Source: an uncultured Leptospiraceae bacterium (GTDB lineage Bacteria; Spirochaetota; UBA4802; JAGODF01). Taken from it: a stretch of 64,000 bases of DNA. The position numbers and the translations under genes were made by a program. The DNA lies in contig CAZVKE010000005.1 in the NCBI GenBank assembly GCA_964627815.1, positions 270,083 through 334,082 of the forward strand. Direction: 5' to 3'. Shown here one piece after another: positions 10,595 to 19,562 of the stretch. Below the pieces are notes generated by a model, which saw nothing but the letters and a program-made list of their open reading frames with translations, made no database searches and was not told where the DNA came from. Position 1 is the stretch's first letter. Each line of letters opens with the position of its first letter.

Positions 10595-11332
10595 ATGAAG
10601 CGAATACTGCTGACACTGCTCATCCTGCCGTTCCTCCTCGCGCCCGCGCTCGCCGCCGACGTGAATTACGCCGTGGGCGCCTATTTTGGCATCGCGCCGT
10701 CGCTCGGCGGAAACCTCTTCACCTACCAGCACGAGTCGGTCTTCGATTCGTCGACCGGCATCTACGGAATGAACCGCAAAGACGACGCGGTTTCAACAAC
10801 ACAGATCGAACCGCTTACCGGCTTTTCCGCGGGCGGCATGTTCAAGACGCTCCTCTATGACTATTTCCAGGTCCGTATCGCCTGCAACTATACCCGTTCC
10901 TATCTCGGGGGCACCGGCACGACCGTGTATCTCCAGGGCGGCGTGAATACCGCGCTTGACTGCGAATACTCCTTCTGGGCTATCGACGCGCCGCTGACGT
11001 TCGGGCTCGTGATCCCGTTCTGGAAGGACATAAAGATATCGTTCAACTGCGGCATCGCCTACGCGTACGGCCAGTACCAGTACAGCTTCGAATCCACCGC
11101 GGGCCAGTGGAAGGGGAGTTTCACGGGATACGGCCTGCCGGTGGTGATGCTGCTCGAGGGCGAATATTTCCTGACCGACCGCATCGCCATGGCCTCATCG
11201 CTCCTCTACTACCGGGGCACCTCGAAAGTGCTCTCCGATGGATCTAATACGGGCGGCAAGGACTTCGCGCGGCTTGATTTCAGCGGCTATCGCTTCAATC
11301 TCGGCGTGACATTCTACTTCTTATCGATATGA
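10595..11332 (+). CDS. Outer-membrane beta-barrel protein, paralog 2
   Basis: Signal peptide MKRILLTLLILPFLLAPALAAD. C-terminus NLGVTFYFLSI. Architecture similar to the neighbouring genes. Confidence 0.6.
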   Translation: MKRILLTLLILPFLLAPALAADVNYAVGAYFGIAPSLGGNLFTYQHESVFDSSTGIYGMNRKDDAVSTTQIEPLTGFSAGGMFKTLLYDYFQVRIACNYTRSYLGGTGTTVYLQGGVNTALDCEYSFWAIDAPLTFGLVIPFWKDIKISFNCGIAYAYGQYQYSFESTAGQWKGSFTGYGLPVVMLLEGEYFLTDRIAMASSLLYYRGTSKVLSDGSNTGGKDFARLDFSGYRFNLGVTFYFLSI

Positions 11333-12159
11333 TGACGGATATGAGGAACATGACAGGTAACATGCCTTCAGGCGGGCGGGGAATGAGGGGCTCTTCAGCG
11401 AAGCTCCTTCTCTGCGCGGCGGTATTCGCGCTCTTCTTCGCGCTTTCCGGCGTGCCGGCGTACGCGATCGGAGAGTTCGCGATCGGCGTGAACGGCGGAT
11501 TTACCTACGACCCGAACTGTCTTGAAAACACGATCAACCGGTTCAACCTCGAGATGGAAGGCTACCGGGAGGACAATGCCGGCGCCGATATCCAGCAGAT
11601 GTCCGTTCCGTACGCTCCCGTGTTCGGCTTCAACCTGCGCTACCAGTTCAACTTCTTCCTGTTCAGGATAGGGAACCACTACAGCGCCCCGATGCAGAAC
11701 ATCACCGGCAGCATTACGGCTTCCGGCGCCGAGAAGAACACGATCAGGATCAAGACGTACCAGAACTCGTTTCCTGCGACAATCGGCATCCTCGTGCCTC
11801 TGAATCGCCATACGCATTTTTATGTCGGCGCGGGACCGACGCTCCACCTCGCGAGCGTGTCGATAACGCAGTCGAACCCGGCCCCGACCGGTCCGCCCGC
11901 GTTCTACTTCGACTCGACGAACAAGCGTGACCGCTACACCGGCACGTTTGTCGGCTACCACTTCCTTGTCGGAGCCGAGATACCGGTACAGGACAAGTTC
12001 ACCTTCTCCGTTGAGTGGATCCACCAGGAAGGACGCTCCCAACCTATCGAGAACGACGGGGTGGATAAGAACGATGTCGAAATCACCACACCGATGAAGA
12101 GCATTCAGGTGCGGGGAGACTTCATCCTGTTCGGATTGAATTACTACATCTCCTTTTGA
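11329..12159 (+). CDS. Outer-membrane beta-barrel protein, paralog 3
   Basis: Signal peptide ...LLLCAAVFALFFALSGVPAYA. C-terminus FGLNYYISF ends in an aromatic residue. Overlaps the previous gene by 4 nt (ATGA). Confidence 0.6.
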   Translation: MMTDMRNMTGNMPSGGRGMRGSSAKLLLCAAVFALFFALSGVPAYAIGEFAIGVNGGFTYDPNCLENTINRFNLEMEGYREDNAGADIQQMSVPYAPVFGFNLRYQFNFFLFRIGNHYSAPMQNITGSITASGAEKNTIRIKTYQNSFPATIGILVPLNRHTHFYVGAGPTLHLASVSITQSNPAPTGPPAFYFDSTNKRDRYTGTFVGYHFLVGAEIPVQDKFTFSVEWIHQEGRSQPIENDGVDKNDVEITTPMKSIQVRGDFILFGLNYYISF

Positions 12160-12239
12160 GGCCGTACCGGCCGTTGAAACGCCTGCAGATCATGCGCGGT
12201 TGTCCGCCCGTCTGATATACTACTGAAATCCCGGGGACT

Positions 12240-13763
12240 ATGAAAAGCGTACATATAACTTTATTCGGAAGGATCGTTCTCTTCATCTTCGCGGGCCTGC
12301 TCCTCTGGGCCGTCTTCTACTTCACCGGCCGCAACTCGAGCAGATGCGGAGAGCAGGCGGTCATCGTTAATCCGTTCCACGGTTCCGGCGACACACACGA
12401 TCCCGAAAAACCTCTGCGGGTCGCCATCTACTACGGCGGCGGCTTTATCGGCGGCCTGGTCGAAAACAACGGCCTCAAGGCAAACCGCGACTGCAATTTT
12501 TTCAAAAACCACCGCATCCAGGTTGAGTTCGTTCCCGTCGAGGACTGGGACGACTGCCGCATGATGCTCTGCCGCGAAACCGGCGCCGATATCGTGTGGG
12601 CCGACGCGGCCACTTACGCCCGGGCGTATCCGTCCCTGACGGGAGCCAATCCGACAGCTTTTCTGCACTACGCGTGGTCTTACGGCGAAGAGGCAATCTA
12701 CGCACGGGAATCCCTCGCGGCGCCTGACCTCAAGAAGGCGGATATCGCCTGTGTCGAGGGGGGCAGGGGGCACTTCCTCTTACTCTACTGGCTGAACGCA
12801 AACGGCCTTAACGCCACCGATGTCCGCTGGCGTTTCACCAACTCCGATACCGACAGCATGACGCTCCTTCAAAAAGGCCGCGCCAGGGCCTGCGCGGTTT
12901 CAAAGGCCTTCATACATAATACGCAATCGGATTCAGGACAGTCCAGGATTATCCTTTCCACACGATATGCCCCCCGGCTGATGCCCGGTGTCTTTCTTGC
13001 CCGCGAGGGATTTATTGCAGCCAACCGGGAACTTATCACCTCGTTCATGAAGGGCTGGTTCGAGGGCGTGGCGCAGGCGAAGGAGAAGCGCGATGACGCG
13101 ATCAGGCTCATGGCAAACTCCTACGGCATTTCCGACGATGCCGCGAAGGACCTTTATGACAATGTACTCCTCGCCGATTTCTTCGAGAACCGCTCATTTT
13201 TCGAGCTCGATGGGGCGTCCCGCTCCGGGTTCACGCAGGTGTTTGAGCTCGCAGAGCAGACCTGGGACCGCCAGAAACGGCTCGCGCATAAAGGCAATGC
13301 CAATATCGCGAGAAACACCACGCCGCTTATCATGACCGCCGGCGACTACGCAAAAAAGAAGGCAGGGCCTCCCTTCGAGTTCGATTTCAAAACCGGTTCT
13401 GCGGGAGAGCTTGTTCCCGTCGCCGGCGCCCTCTCTATCGATTTCACGAAAGACGGCTCCGACATAGACTCAAAGACCGCCGATTCCCTCAAACGATTCG
13501 CCGCCACGGCCTCGGTGTTTGCGCCGCTGCCCATAGGCGTTGAGGGGTTCTCCGGATTTGCAAACGACTCGTTCGCCATCTACAAGTGGCAGGTCCGCCT
13601 CAAGAACGTGGCGGGAATCCTCCGCGACAGCGGCGTCTCCGACAAACGCATCATTGTCCGCGACGTCAAAACCTGGATTGAAAGCGACAGGGACAGGATG
13701 CGCCTGACGCTTCTCGGCCGGCCGGCCGCTGACGGCACGGCGCTTCCTTCGGCTTCGAAATAG
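12240..13763 (+). CDS. Membrane-anchored periplasmic binding-protein-like protein (tentatively NMT1/SsuA-type fold) with a long C-terminal extension
   Basis: N-terminal TM helix IVLFIFAGLLLWAVFYF. The central region resembles type-II solute-binding proteins. This call is inference only. Confidence 0.4.
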   Translation: MKSVHITLFGRIVLFIFAGLLLWAVFYFTGRNSSRCGEQAVIVNPFHGSGDTHDPEKPLRVAIYYGGGFIGGLVENNGLKANRDCNFFKNHRIQVEFVPVEDWDDCRMMLCRETGADIVWADAATYARAYPSLTGANPTAFLHYAWSYGEEAIYARESLAAPDLKKADIACVEGGRGHFLLLYWLNANGLNATDVRWRFTNSDTDSMTLLQKGRARACAVSKAFIHNTQSDSGQSRIILSTRYAPRLMPGVFLAREGFIAANRELITSFMKGWFEGVAQAKEKRDDAIRLMANSYGISDDAAKDLYDNVLLADFFENRSFFELDGASRSGFTQVFELAEQTWDRQKRLAHKGNANIARNTTPLIMTAGDYAKKKAGPPFEFDFKTGSAGELVPVAGALSIDFTKDGSDIDSKTADSLKRFAATASVFAPLPIGVEGFSGFANDSFAIYKWQVRLKNVAGILRDSGVSDKRIIVRDVKTWIESDRDRMRLTLLGRPAADGTALPSASK

Positions 13764-13775
13764 CGGTATCGGCAC

Positions 13776-14543
13776 GTGCACGCGGTATTCAATTTCCTGG
13801 TCTTTATCTTCGGCGCGGTGTGGGGAAGCTTCTTCTACACCCTTTCGGTGCGATTCGCAAACGGCGAATTCGCCCGCAGCGGCGCGCGTGCCCTTCTCGG
13901 GAGGTCGCGCTGCCCGCACTGCTCGACGCCGGTCGATCCGCTGCGGCTCCTTCCGCTCGCCGGCTACCTTATAGCCCGGGGCAGGTGCGCGTCATGCCGA
14001 AAGAGGATCTCCATCGGCTATCCGCTCGCGGAGCTTGTATACGGCGCCTGCGCCCTGCTGTGCGCCGTAAGGCTTGGCACCGGCGTGGAGGCATTCGTGC
14101 TCTTCCTTCTTCTCGCGACAGCCATTTCGCTTTCGACAGTCGATATCATGGTTTTCACCATCCCGAATCCGCTGCTTGTTGTATTCGGCCTGCTCGCGAT
14201 CTATCCGGTCGTGCTGCACAGCTCCATCCGCGACAGCGTATACGGATTCCTCCTGATGTTCGTCTTTTTTCTTGTGGTGATGTTCATCTTTCCGGGAAGC
14301 TTCGGCGGGGGTGACCTGAAGTTCGCTTCCCTGATCGGCCTGGTGTCGGGGATAGAATCCGCCATCCTCGTCCTCGAGGTCGCGCTCGTTTCCGGCTCGC
14401 TCATCGGGCTCGTTTACGCGCTCAGGAAAGGCAGGGGACTGCGGATACGGATACCGTTCGCGCCGTTCCTTACGGCGGGACTGGCGGTCTCCGTCCTGTG
14501 GGGAAGGGACATACTGCTCGTCTATTACCGGCTCTTTCTCTGA
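13776..14543 (+). CDS. pilD: Type IV prepilin peptidase (A24 family)
   Basis: N-terminal tetra-Cys motif CPHC...CASC. Polytopic membrane protein with the catalytic GGGDLKF motif and the PFAPFL motif. Confidence 0.8.
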   Translation: MHAVFNFLVFIFGAVWGSFFYTLSVRFANGEFARSGARALLGRSRCPHCSTPVDPLRLLPLAGYLIARGRCASCRKRISIGYPLAELVYGACALLCAVRLGTGVEAFVLFLLLATAISLSTVDIMVFTIPNPLLVVFGLLAIYPVVLHSSIRDSVYGFLLMFVFFLVVMFIFPGSFGGGDLKFASLIGLVSGIESAILVLEVALVSGSLIGLVYALRKGRGLRIRIPFAPFLTAGLAVSVLWGRDILLVYYRLFL

Positions 14544-14602
14544 ATCCTCGCGGCCGCACGGATTCAGAGTCATCACAAAAACTACCGTTTGTGTGACCGC
14601 CC

Positions 14603-15202
14603 TTATATCTTCATTCCTGAAAATCCCATGAACGCCAGTGCGAGAAGCCCGGTGGTGATGAAGGTGATGGGAAGGCCCTTCAGGTATTCAGGCACACGTG
14701 CCAGCTCCAGCCGCTCCCGTATCCCGGCCATTAGAAGCAGCGCCAGCAGGAATCCCACACCTCCGCCGACGCCCTGGAGGACGCTTTTGAGCAGGCCCAG
14801 GTTCGCGTTGTAAAAGCCAGCCTCGATGTTCAGGACCGTGACGCCAAGCACCGCGCAGTTGGTCGTGATGAGAGGCAGGAAGATGCCGAGCGCCTGATAA
14901 AGCTCCGGCGAGATGTTTTCAAGGATCATCTCGACGAGCTGCACCAGCCCCGCGATGATCAGGATGAAGGCGATGGTTTTGAGATAGGTGATCCCGAACG
15001 GCACGAGGACATATTTGTAAACAAAATAGGTGCAGAAGGAAGACATCCCCATGACGAAGATCACTGAAAGCCCCATCCCGATCGCGGAATCGATTTTCTT
15101 TGAAACGCCGAGGAACGGGCACAGTCCAAGTATCTGCGAAAGCACGTAATTATTGATGAAAATCGTCGATATGAGGATCGTGAAGAGCACGTTGAGTTCC
15201 AT
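14603..15202 (-). CDS. rnfA: Rnf electron-transport complex subunit A
   Basis: ...VLSQILGLCPFLGVSKK... matches the RnfA/NqrE family N-terminus. Six TM helices, about 199 aa. Confidence 0.8.
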   Translation of the reverse strand: MELNVLFTILISTIFINNYVLSQILGLCPFLGVSKKIDSAIGMGLSVIFVMGMSSFCTYFVYKYVLVPFGITYLKTIAFILIIAGLVQLVEMILENISPELYQALGIFLPLITTNCAVLGVTVLNIEAGFYNANLGLLKSVLQGVGGGVGFLLALLLMAGIRERLELARVPEYLKGLPITFITTGLLALAFMGFSGMKI

Positions 15203-15206
15203 TGGG

Positions 15207-15800
15207 CTATCCCTTCTTCCTTGATTTGATCCAGTTCATCGCGCACAGCATAAACCCGAGGATGAAGAACGCGCCCGGCGCCATGATCATTACCAGCGAA
15301 GGCTGCATCCCCGGTATCAGGGTGTACCCGAGAAGTTTGTTCGATCCGAGCAACTCCCTGAAAAAAGCGAGGACCGTAAGCGTGAAGCCGAACCCGAGCC
15401 CCATGCCCAGCCCGTCAAACGCCGAGTCCACGACGGGGTTCTTTGACGCGAACTCTTCCGACCTGCCGAGAATGATGCAGTTGACGACGATCAGGGGGAT
15501 ATAGATGCCGAGCGCCTTATCGACCTGCGGCTGGAACGCCTTGAGCGACAGCTCGACGATGGTGACGAACGAGGCGATGATCGTGATGAAGATCGGTATC
15601 CTGACATGCTCGGCCACCATTCGTTTGACCATGGAAACGAGCATGTTCGAGCAGATAAGCACAAAGGTGGTCGCCACGCACATCCAGAGCGCGTTCGAGA
15701 CGGAGGTGGACACGGCAAGCGTGGGACACATGCCGATCCCCAGGACGAGGATAGGGTTTCTGTTCCATACGCCGTCGGCGATGAGCTTCAGGTATTTCAT
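15207..15800 (-). CDS. rnfE: Rnf complex subunit E
   Basis: ...NPILVLGIGMCPTLAVSTS... is RnfE/NqrD-like. 197 aa. Confidence 0.8.
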   Translation of the reverse strand: MKYLKLIADGVWNRNPILVLGIGMCPTLAVSTSVSNALWMCVATTFVLICSNMLVSMVKRMVAEHVRIPIFITIIASFVTIVELSLKAFQPQVDKALGIYIPLIVVNCIILGRSEEFASKNPVVDSAFDGLGMGLGFGFTLTVLAFFRELLGSNKLLGYTLIPGMQPSLVMIMAPGAFFILGFMLCAMNWIKSRKKG

Positions 15801-16522
15801 TTCTTCTTCTCCCCGTTAGGCGGCGTTTCCATTTCGACGGCTTTCCTGAGCAGCCGCGCACCTTCCTCAACGCTGTCACGCACCGCCCTTGTGGTAATGG
15901 TTGCCCCGGTGATCGCGGAAACGGCGTTCTCGCCGAGAAGTCCCTGGCGAAGCGCCTCGTTGTCCGCCCGCCATTCTCCCTTTTTCGATATGGCGATCGA
16001 CCTGGCGGTATCAAGCCCGGAAAACTGCTGTTCAAACCATGGAGCAGAGGGCGCAGGCGCCGGTGCGCCGTTACGCAGGTTGCGTATATGCTGCAGGAAC
16101 GTTTCGTTGCTTGCCGCTTCCTTCGACCGCGCGCCGAGCCCCGGGGTCTCCGCCTGCTGGATGACCGTAAGCGCGATTATTTTTCCGGCCTCATCAACGC
16201 TTACCATTGAGCGCACCTGGCCGCTGTAGCCCGCTTTCGATGTTTCAAACGCATACGCCCGTACGGTCTTATCGCCTTCCTGCTTTTCGGCGATCGAGTA
16301 GACGAACTCCTTCCCGTCGATCGTAACCTTCTTTCCCTTTTCGATGATCCGGTATCCGAGCCCTTCGGGCAGAACGCGGCGGAGCGCCTCTTCCTTGCCG
16401 ATCTCGATGCGCGCCTCGATTTTCGCCTTCGTGATCTTATTGATATGAGAAAGGGCCATCGTGGCGACAAACCCTATTATCGCGAGGACGAGCGCCGGTT
16501 TTATGATATCGTTGAAGAGCAT
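15797..16522 (-). CDS. rnfG: Rnf complex subunit G (FMN-binding)
   Basis: N-terminal TM helix plus an FMN-binding domain with the conserved ...SAITGATITTRAV... (covalent-FMN Thr context). Confidence 0.75.
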   Translation of the reverse strand: MLFNDIIKPALVLAIIGFVATMALSHINKITKAKIEARIEIGKEEALRRVLPEGLGYRIIEKGKKVTIDGKEFVYSIAEKQEGDKTVRAYAFETSKAGYSGQVRSMVSVDEAGKIIALTVIQQAETPGLGARSKEAASNETFLQHIRNLRNGAPAPAPSAPWFEQQFSGLDTARSIAISKKGEWRADNEALRQGLLGENAVSAITGATITTRAVRDSVEEGARLLRKAVEMETPPNGEKKK

Positions 16523-16534
16523 CGCGTCATTGTC

Positions 16535-17665
16535 CTATTTTCCTGATATCGTGCCGAAAACACGCGGGCGTACATACCGGTCGATGAGCGGCACTGTGGC
16601 GTTCATGAGGAGGATGGAATAGGAAACCCCTTCAGGGTATCCACCCCAGAGGCGTATCACCGATGTGATGACACCGCAGCCGATCCCGAACAGGATCATG
16701 CCCTTTTTCGTTACGGGGGAAGTCACCATATCGGTCGCCATAAAAAACGCCCCGAGGACAAGCCCGCCTGAAAGGAGATGGTAGAGGGTCATTCTGTACT
16801 GGAAATACGGAACGTTCTCTCCCCCCGGAACGTATTTGAAGCTGTAATACGCCAGCATGATGATCGCGACGGTCCCGATATAGGAGAACGGGATATGCCA
16901 GGTAATAATCCGCCTGTAAAGGAGCAGCAGCGCGCCCGCAAGGAGCAGGAGAGCCGATGTTTCGCCGATGCAGCCGCCGATATTGCCGATTGCCAGGCTT
17001 TTAAGCATCCCCCTGGACAGTATCGTGTGATAGAGCGCGTCCGGGCTGAGGTTGTAGTCCGACAGCATTTTCGGAGCTTCCTTCAGGACGGCAAGCGGAG
17101 TGGCGGAAGTGATCGCGTCAAAAGCGCCCTGCGGGAGGCCTCCCGTGTTGGCGATAGAGCCTGACAGAATGTTTGCCGGCGAAAAGTGGTGCCATCCTGT
17201 CGTCATATAGACCGGCCATGAGGCCATGAGAAACGCCCTTCCGGCAAGCGCCGGATTGAAGATATTGAAACCGAGGCCGCCGAAAAGCTGCTTGGCGATA
17301 ACAATGGCGAACACCGATCCGATGCATACCATCCATACCGGGGCCTGCGGCGGAACATTCATTGCGAGCAGAAGCCCCGTCAGCACCGCCGATCCGTCCG
17401 CCGCGGTTATATCCTTCCTCATGATGAACTGGTAGGCGGCCTCCGCGGCGACTGAGGAGAGCACCGCGGCAGCGATGAGTTTAAGAGCGCTCAGTTTGAA
17501 AAGGAATACGGAGTATACAGCTGCCGGCATAAGGGCAATGACCACCAGCCACATGATGAACCTGACCGATTGCGTGTCCCTGATGTGGGGAGCGTTCGAG
17601 AGGACCAGTTGCGGGACCGGCGTTTCCTTGTTTTTTTCTTCCATACCTTGATAACCAGCTCTCAT
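16535..17665 (-). CDS. rnfD: Rnf complex subunit D. The alternative start MEEKNKE lies 21 nt inside.
   Basis: Polytopic NqrB/RnfD-like protein with the conserved TGGLP / SGGxxLGAFFMATD region. Confidence 0.8.
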   Translation of the reverse strand: MRAGYQGMEEKNKETPVPQLVLSNAPHIRDTQSVRFIMWLVVIALMPAAVYSVFLFKLSALKLIAAAVLSSVAAEAAYQFIMRKDITAADGSAVLTGLLLAMNVPPQAPVWMVCIGSVFAIVIAKQLFGGLGFNIFNPALAGRAFLMASWPVYMTTGWHHFSPANILSGSIANTGGLPQGAFDAITSATPLAVLKEAPKMLSDYNLSPDALYHTILSRGMLKSLAIGNIGGCIGETSALLLLAGALLLLYRRIITWHIPFSYIGTVAIIMLAYYSFKYVPGGENVPYFQYRMTLYHLLSGGLVLGAFFMATDMVTSPVTKKGMILFGIGCGVITSVIRLWGGYPEGVSYSILLMNATVPLIDRYVRPRVFGTISGK

Positions 17666-17684
17666 TTAAATGGCGCGGCAGCGC

Positions 17685-19004
17685 CTATTTCCTGCCGCGA
17701 TTCACCTGCTGCGCGATCCTGATGAACTGACTCAGTGGCCGCTTCGAGGGACACACGTAACTGCATGAACCGCACATGATACAGTCGAACGGCTGAAATT
17801 CCTGCACGACATCGAACCGGTTTATTTCAACGGCATTTCCCATTTCACAGGGGATAAGGCCCGCGGGGCAGACCGCAACGCACCGGCCGCATCGGATACA
17901 AGGCCTGATAGGCTCGAGTTTCACCTCCTTTGCGGTCAGGAAGAGAATGCCATTGGTTCCTTTTATCACCGGGACTTCCATCGTATCGAGGCTTATCCCG
18001 CACATCGGCCCGCCCATGATGATCTTCGCCGGCTCTTCCGCAAGGCCCCCTATTTCCTCCACGATGTCAGCAATCCGCGCGCCAAGCCTGATTTTGTAGT
18101 TGCCGGGCTTCCTGACACTGGAACCGGTTATGGTAACGTAACGTTCGAAAAGCGGTTTTCCGTACAGGACGGCCTCATAGATCGCGTATATTGTGCTCAC
18201 GTTCTGGACGACGACCCGCGCGTCCATCGGCAGTCCGCGTGAGGGGACCTCCCTGCGTACTATGCTTTTTATAAGCTGTTTTTCCGCGCCCTGGGGATAT
18301 TTTGTCCTGAGAGGGACTACCTCTATTGATTCGGGTATCGAAAGACTTTTGATCGATTCACGGAGGGCTTTTATCGCTTCCGGCTTGTTCTTTTCTATCC
18401 CTATGAACGCGCGGCTTATCCCGAGGATTTTCAGGGCTATGCGGATACCTTCTATTATCTGCAGGGGGAAGGTACGCATGAGCATGTCGTCGGCGGTGAT
18501 ATACGGCTCGCACTCGGCGCCGTTGACGATAAGCGTGTCGATCTTCTTTATTTCGGGAGGGGAAAGCTTGACCGGCGTCGGAAACGCGGCGCCGCCAAGG
18601 CCGACGATACCGGCGTTTTTGACCATCATGAGGAGATCCCCGGGCTCCGTTGCTGACCAGTCTCTCCTGGCGCTGGTGCCGTAGGTGGAGAAAGCGCCTT
18701 CGGCCTCGATGACGATGCACTTTCCTCTTGTGGCGTAGGCGGTCGGGTGATCGAGGATATTTACGACCTTGCCGGAAATGGAAGCATGAATATCCGAACT
18801 AATAAAACCGTCCGCCGCCCCGATCATTTGCCCTTCCACTACGGCATCGCCGACTTCGACCACGGGCCTCGCCGGCTTGCCGATATGCTGCTGAAGCGGA
18901 ATGTAGCAGGCATGGGGTACGGACAGGTTCGCAAAATTCTGATGCCTGGTCAGGCCTTTATTTTCGGGCGGATGTATCCCTCCCTTGAAACCCCTGAATG
19001 GCAT
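17685..19004 (-). CDS. rnfC: Rnf complex subunit C (NADH-binding, 2x[4Fe-4S])
   Basis: Two ferredoxin motifs, CIRCGRCVAVCP and CIMCGSCSYVCP. RnfC-type N-terminal barrel-sandwich and NADH-binding domains. Confidence 0.85.
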   Translation of the reverse strand: MPFRGFKGGIHPPENKGLTRHQNFANLSVPHACYIPLQQHIGKPARPVVEVGDAVVEGQMIGAADGFISSDIHASISGKVVNILDHPTAYATRGKCIVIEAEGAFSTYGTSARRDWSATEPGDLLMMVKNAGIVGLGGAAFPTPVKLSPPEIKKIDTLIVNGAECEPYITADDMLMRTFPLQIIEGIRIALKILGISRAFIGIEKNKPEAIKALRESIKSLSIPESIEVVPLRTKYPQGAEKQLIKSIVRREVPSRGLPMDARVVVQNVSTIYAIYEAVLYGKPLFERYVTITGSSVRKPGNYKIRLGARIADIVEEIGGLAEEPAKIIMGGPMCGISLDTMEVPVIKGTNGILFLTAKEVKLEPIRPCIRCGRCVAVCPAGLIPCEMGNAVEINRFDVVQEFQPFDCIMCGSCSYVCPSKRPLSQFIRIAQQVNRGRK

Positions 19005-19006
19005 TC

Positions 19007-19285
19007 TTACCCTTTAATCGAGTATATTTCGTCCTTAATGGGAAGCTCTTTTCTCAGGTTCTTTATATAGGGGAAGAGTTCGCCTGACTCGGTGAATTCA
19101 TCGCAGTCGTCCATGATCCGTCTGGCGACCGTAAAGTATTTATACAGCTTCTCTTCGCCTGACCTCTTCACCCATTTTTTCTTGAGGCACTTTACCCTGA
19201 GCACATACCGGTCGGGCTCCGACTCATACTGGCGGATTACAATACAATTAAGGCAATTCGCGCAGAATATTTTTTCCTTAACCAT
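19007..19285 (-). CDS. Small Cys-containing hypothetical protein encoded immediately upstream of rnfC. It is AT-richer than the rnf genes.
   Basis: 92-aa ORF with CANCLNC...C...C. Its stop abuts the rnfC start, suggesting translational coupling. Confidence 0.4.
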   Translation of the reverse strand: MVKEKIFCANCLNCIVIRQYESEPDRYVLRVKCLKKKWVKRSGEEKLYKYFTVARRIMDDCDEFTESGELFPYIKNLRKELPIKDEIYSIKG

Positions 19286-19562
19286 TACCTTCTCCTGAAG
19301 TAGTTGTTATTATCAGATAAGATTATTCCAGTTCAGACTGTCCTTATCGGGGCATACGACATTTTTTAGCAAACAAAAAAATTGTATATTTCAAAAAAAT
19401 ATACTCGCTCGCACCGCTAACGTGTCTGGATTTCGATCTGATGAGGACCTGGGAATTTCCTTATCAATTAAGCAGTGATTTCCCAATTAGTCAAGAAAAT
19501 TTTTCCCGGGAGGGTAGTTACCTCACGGCATACGGGCGGATAGAGGGCTGAGCACACTATCA

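Noticed and set aside
9806-10732. 308-aa minus-strand ORF
   Set aside because: It is antisense to the signal-peptide-bearing beta-barrel genes. It has an Arg/Ala-rich composition typical of spurious antisense frames in GC-rich DNA.
13470-14576. Several 150-190-aa ORFs on both strands
   Set aside because: They overlap the binding-protein gene end and the pilD gene. The pilD reading frame carries the diagnostic motifs.
15517-16229. 172-aa and 207-aa ORFs
   Set aside because: These are alternative frames within rnfE/rnfG.
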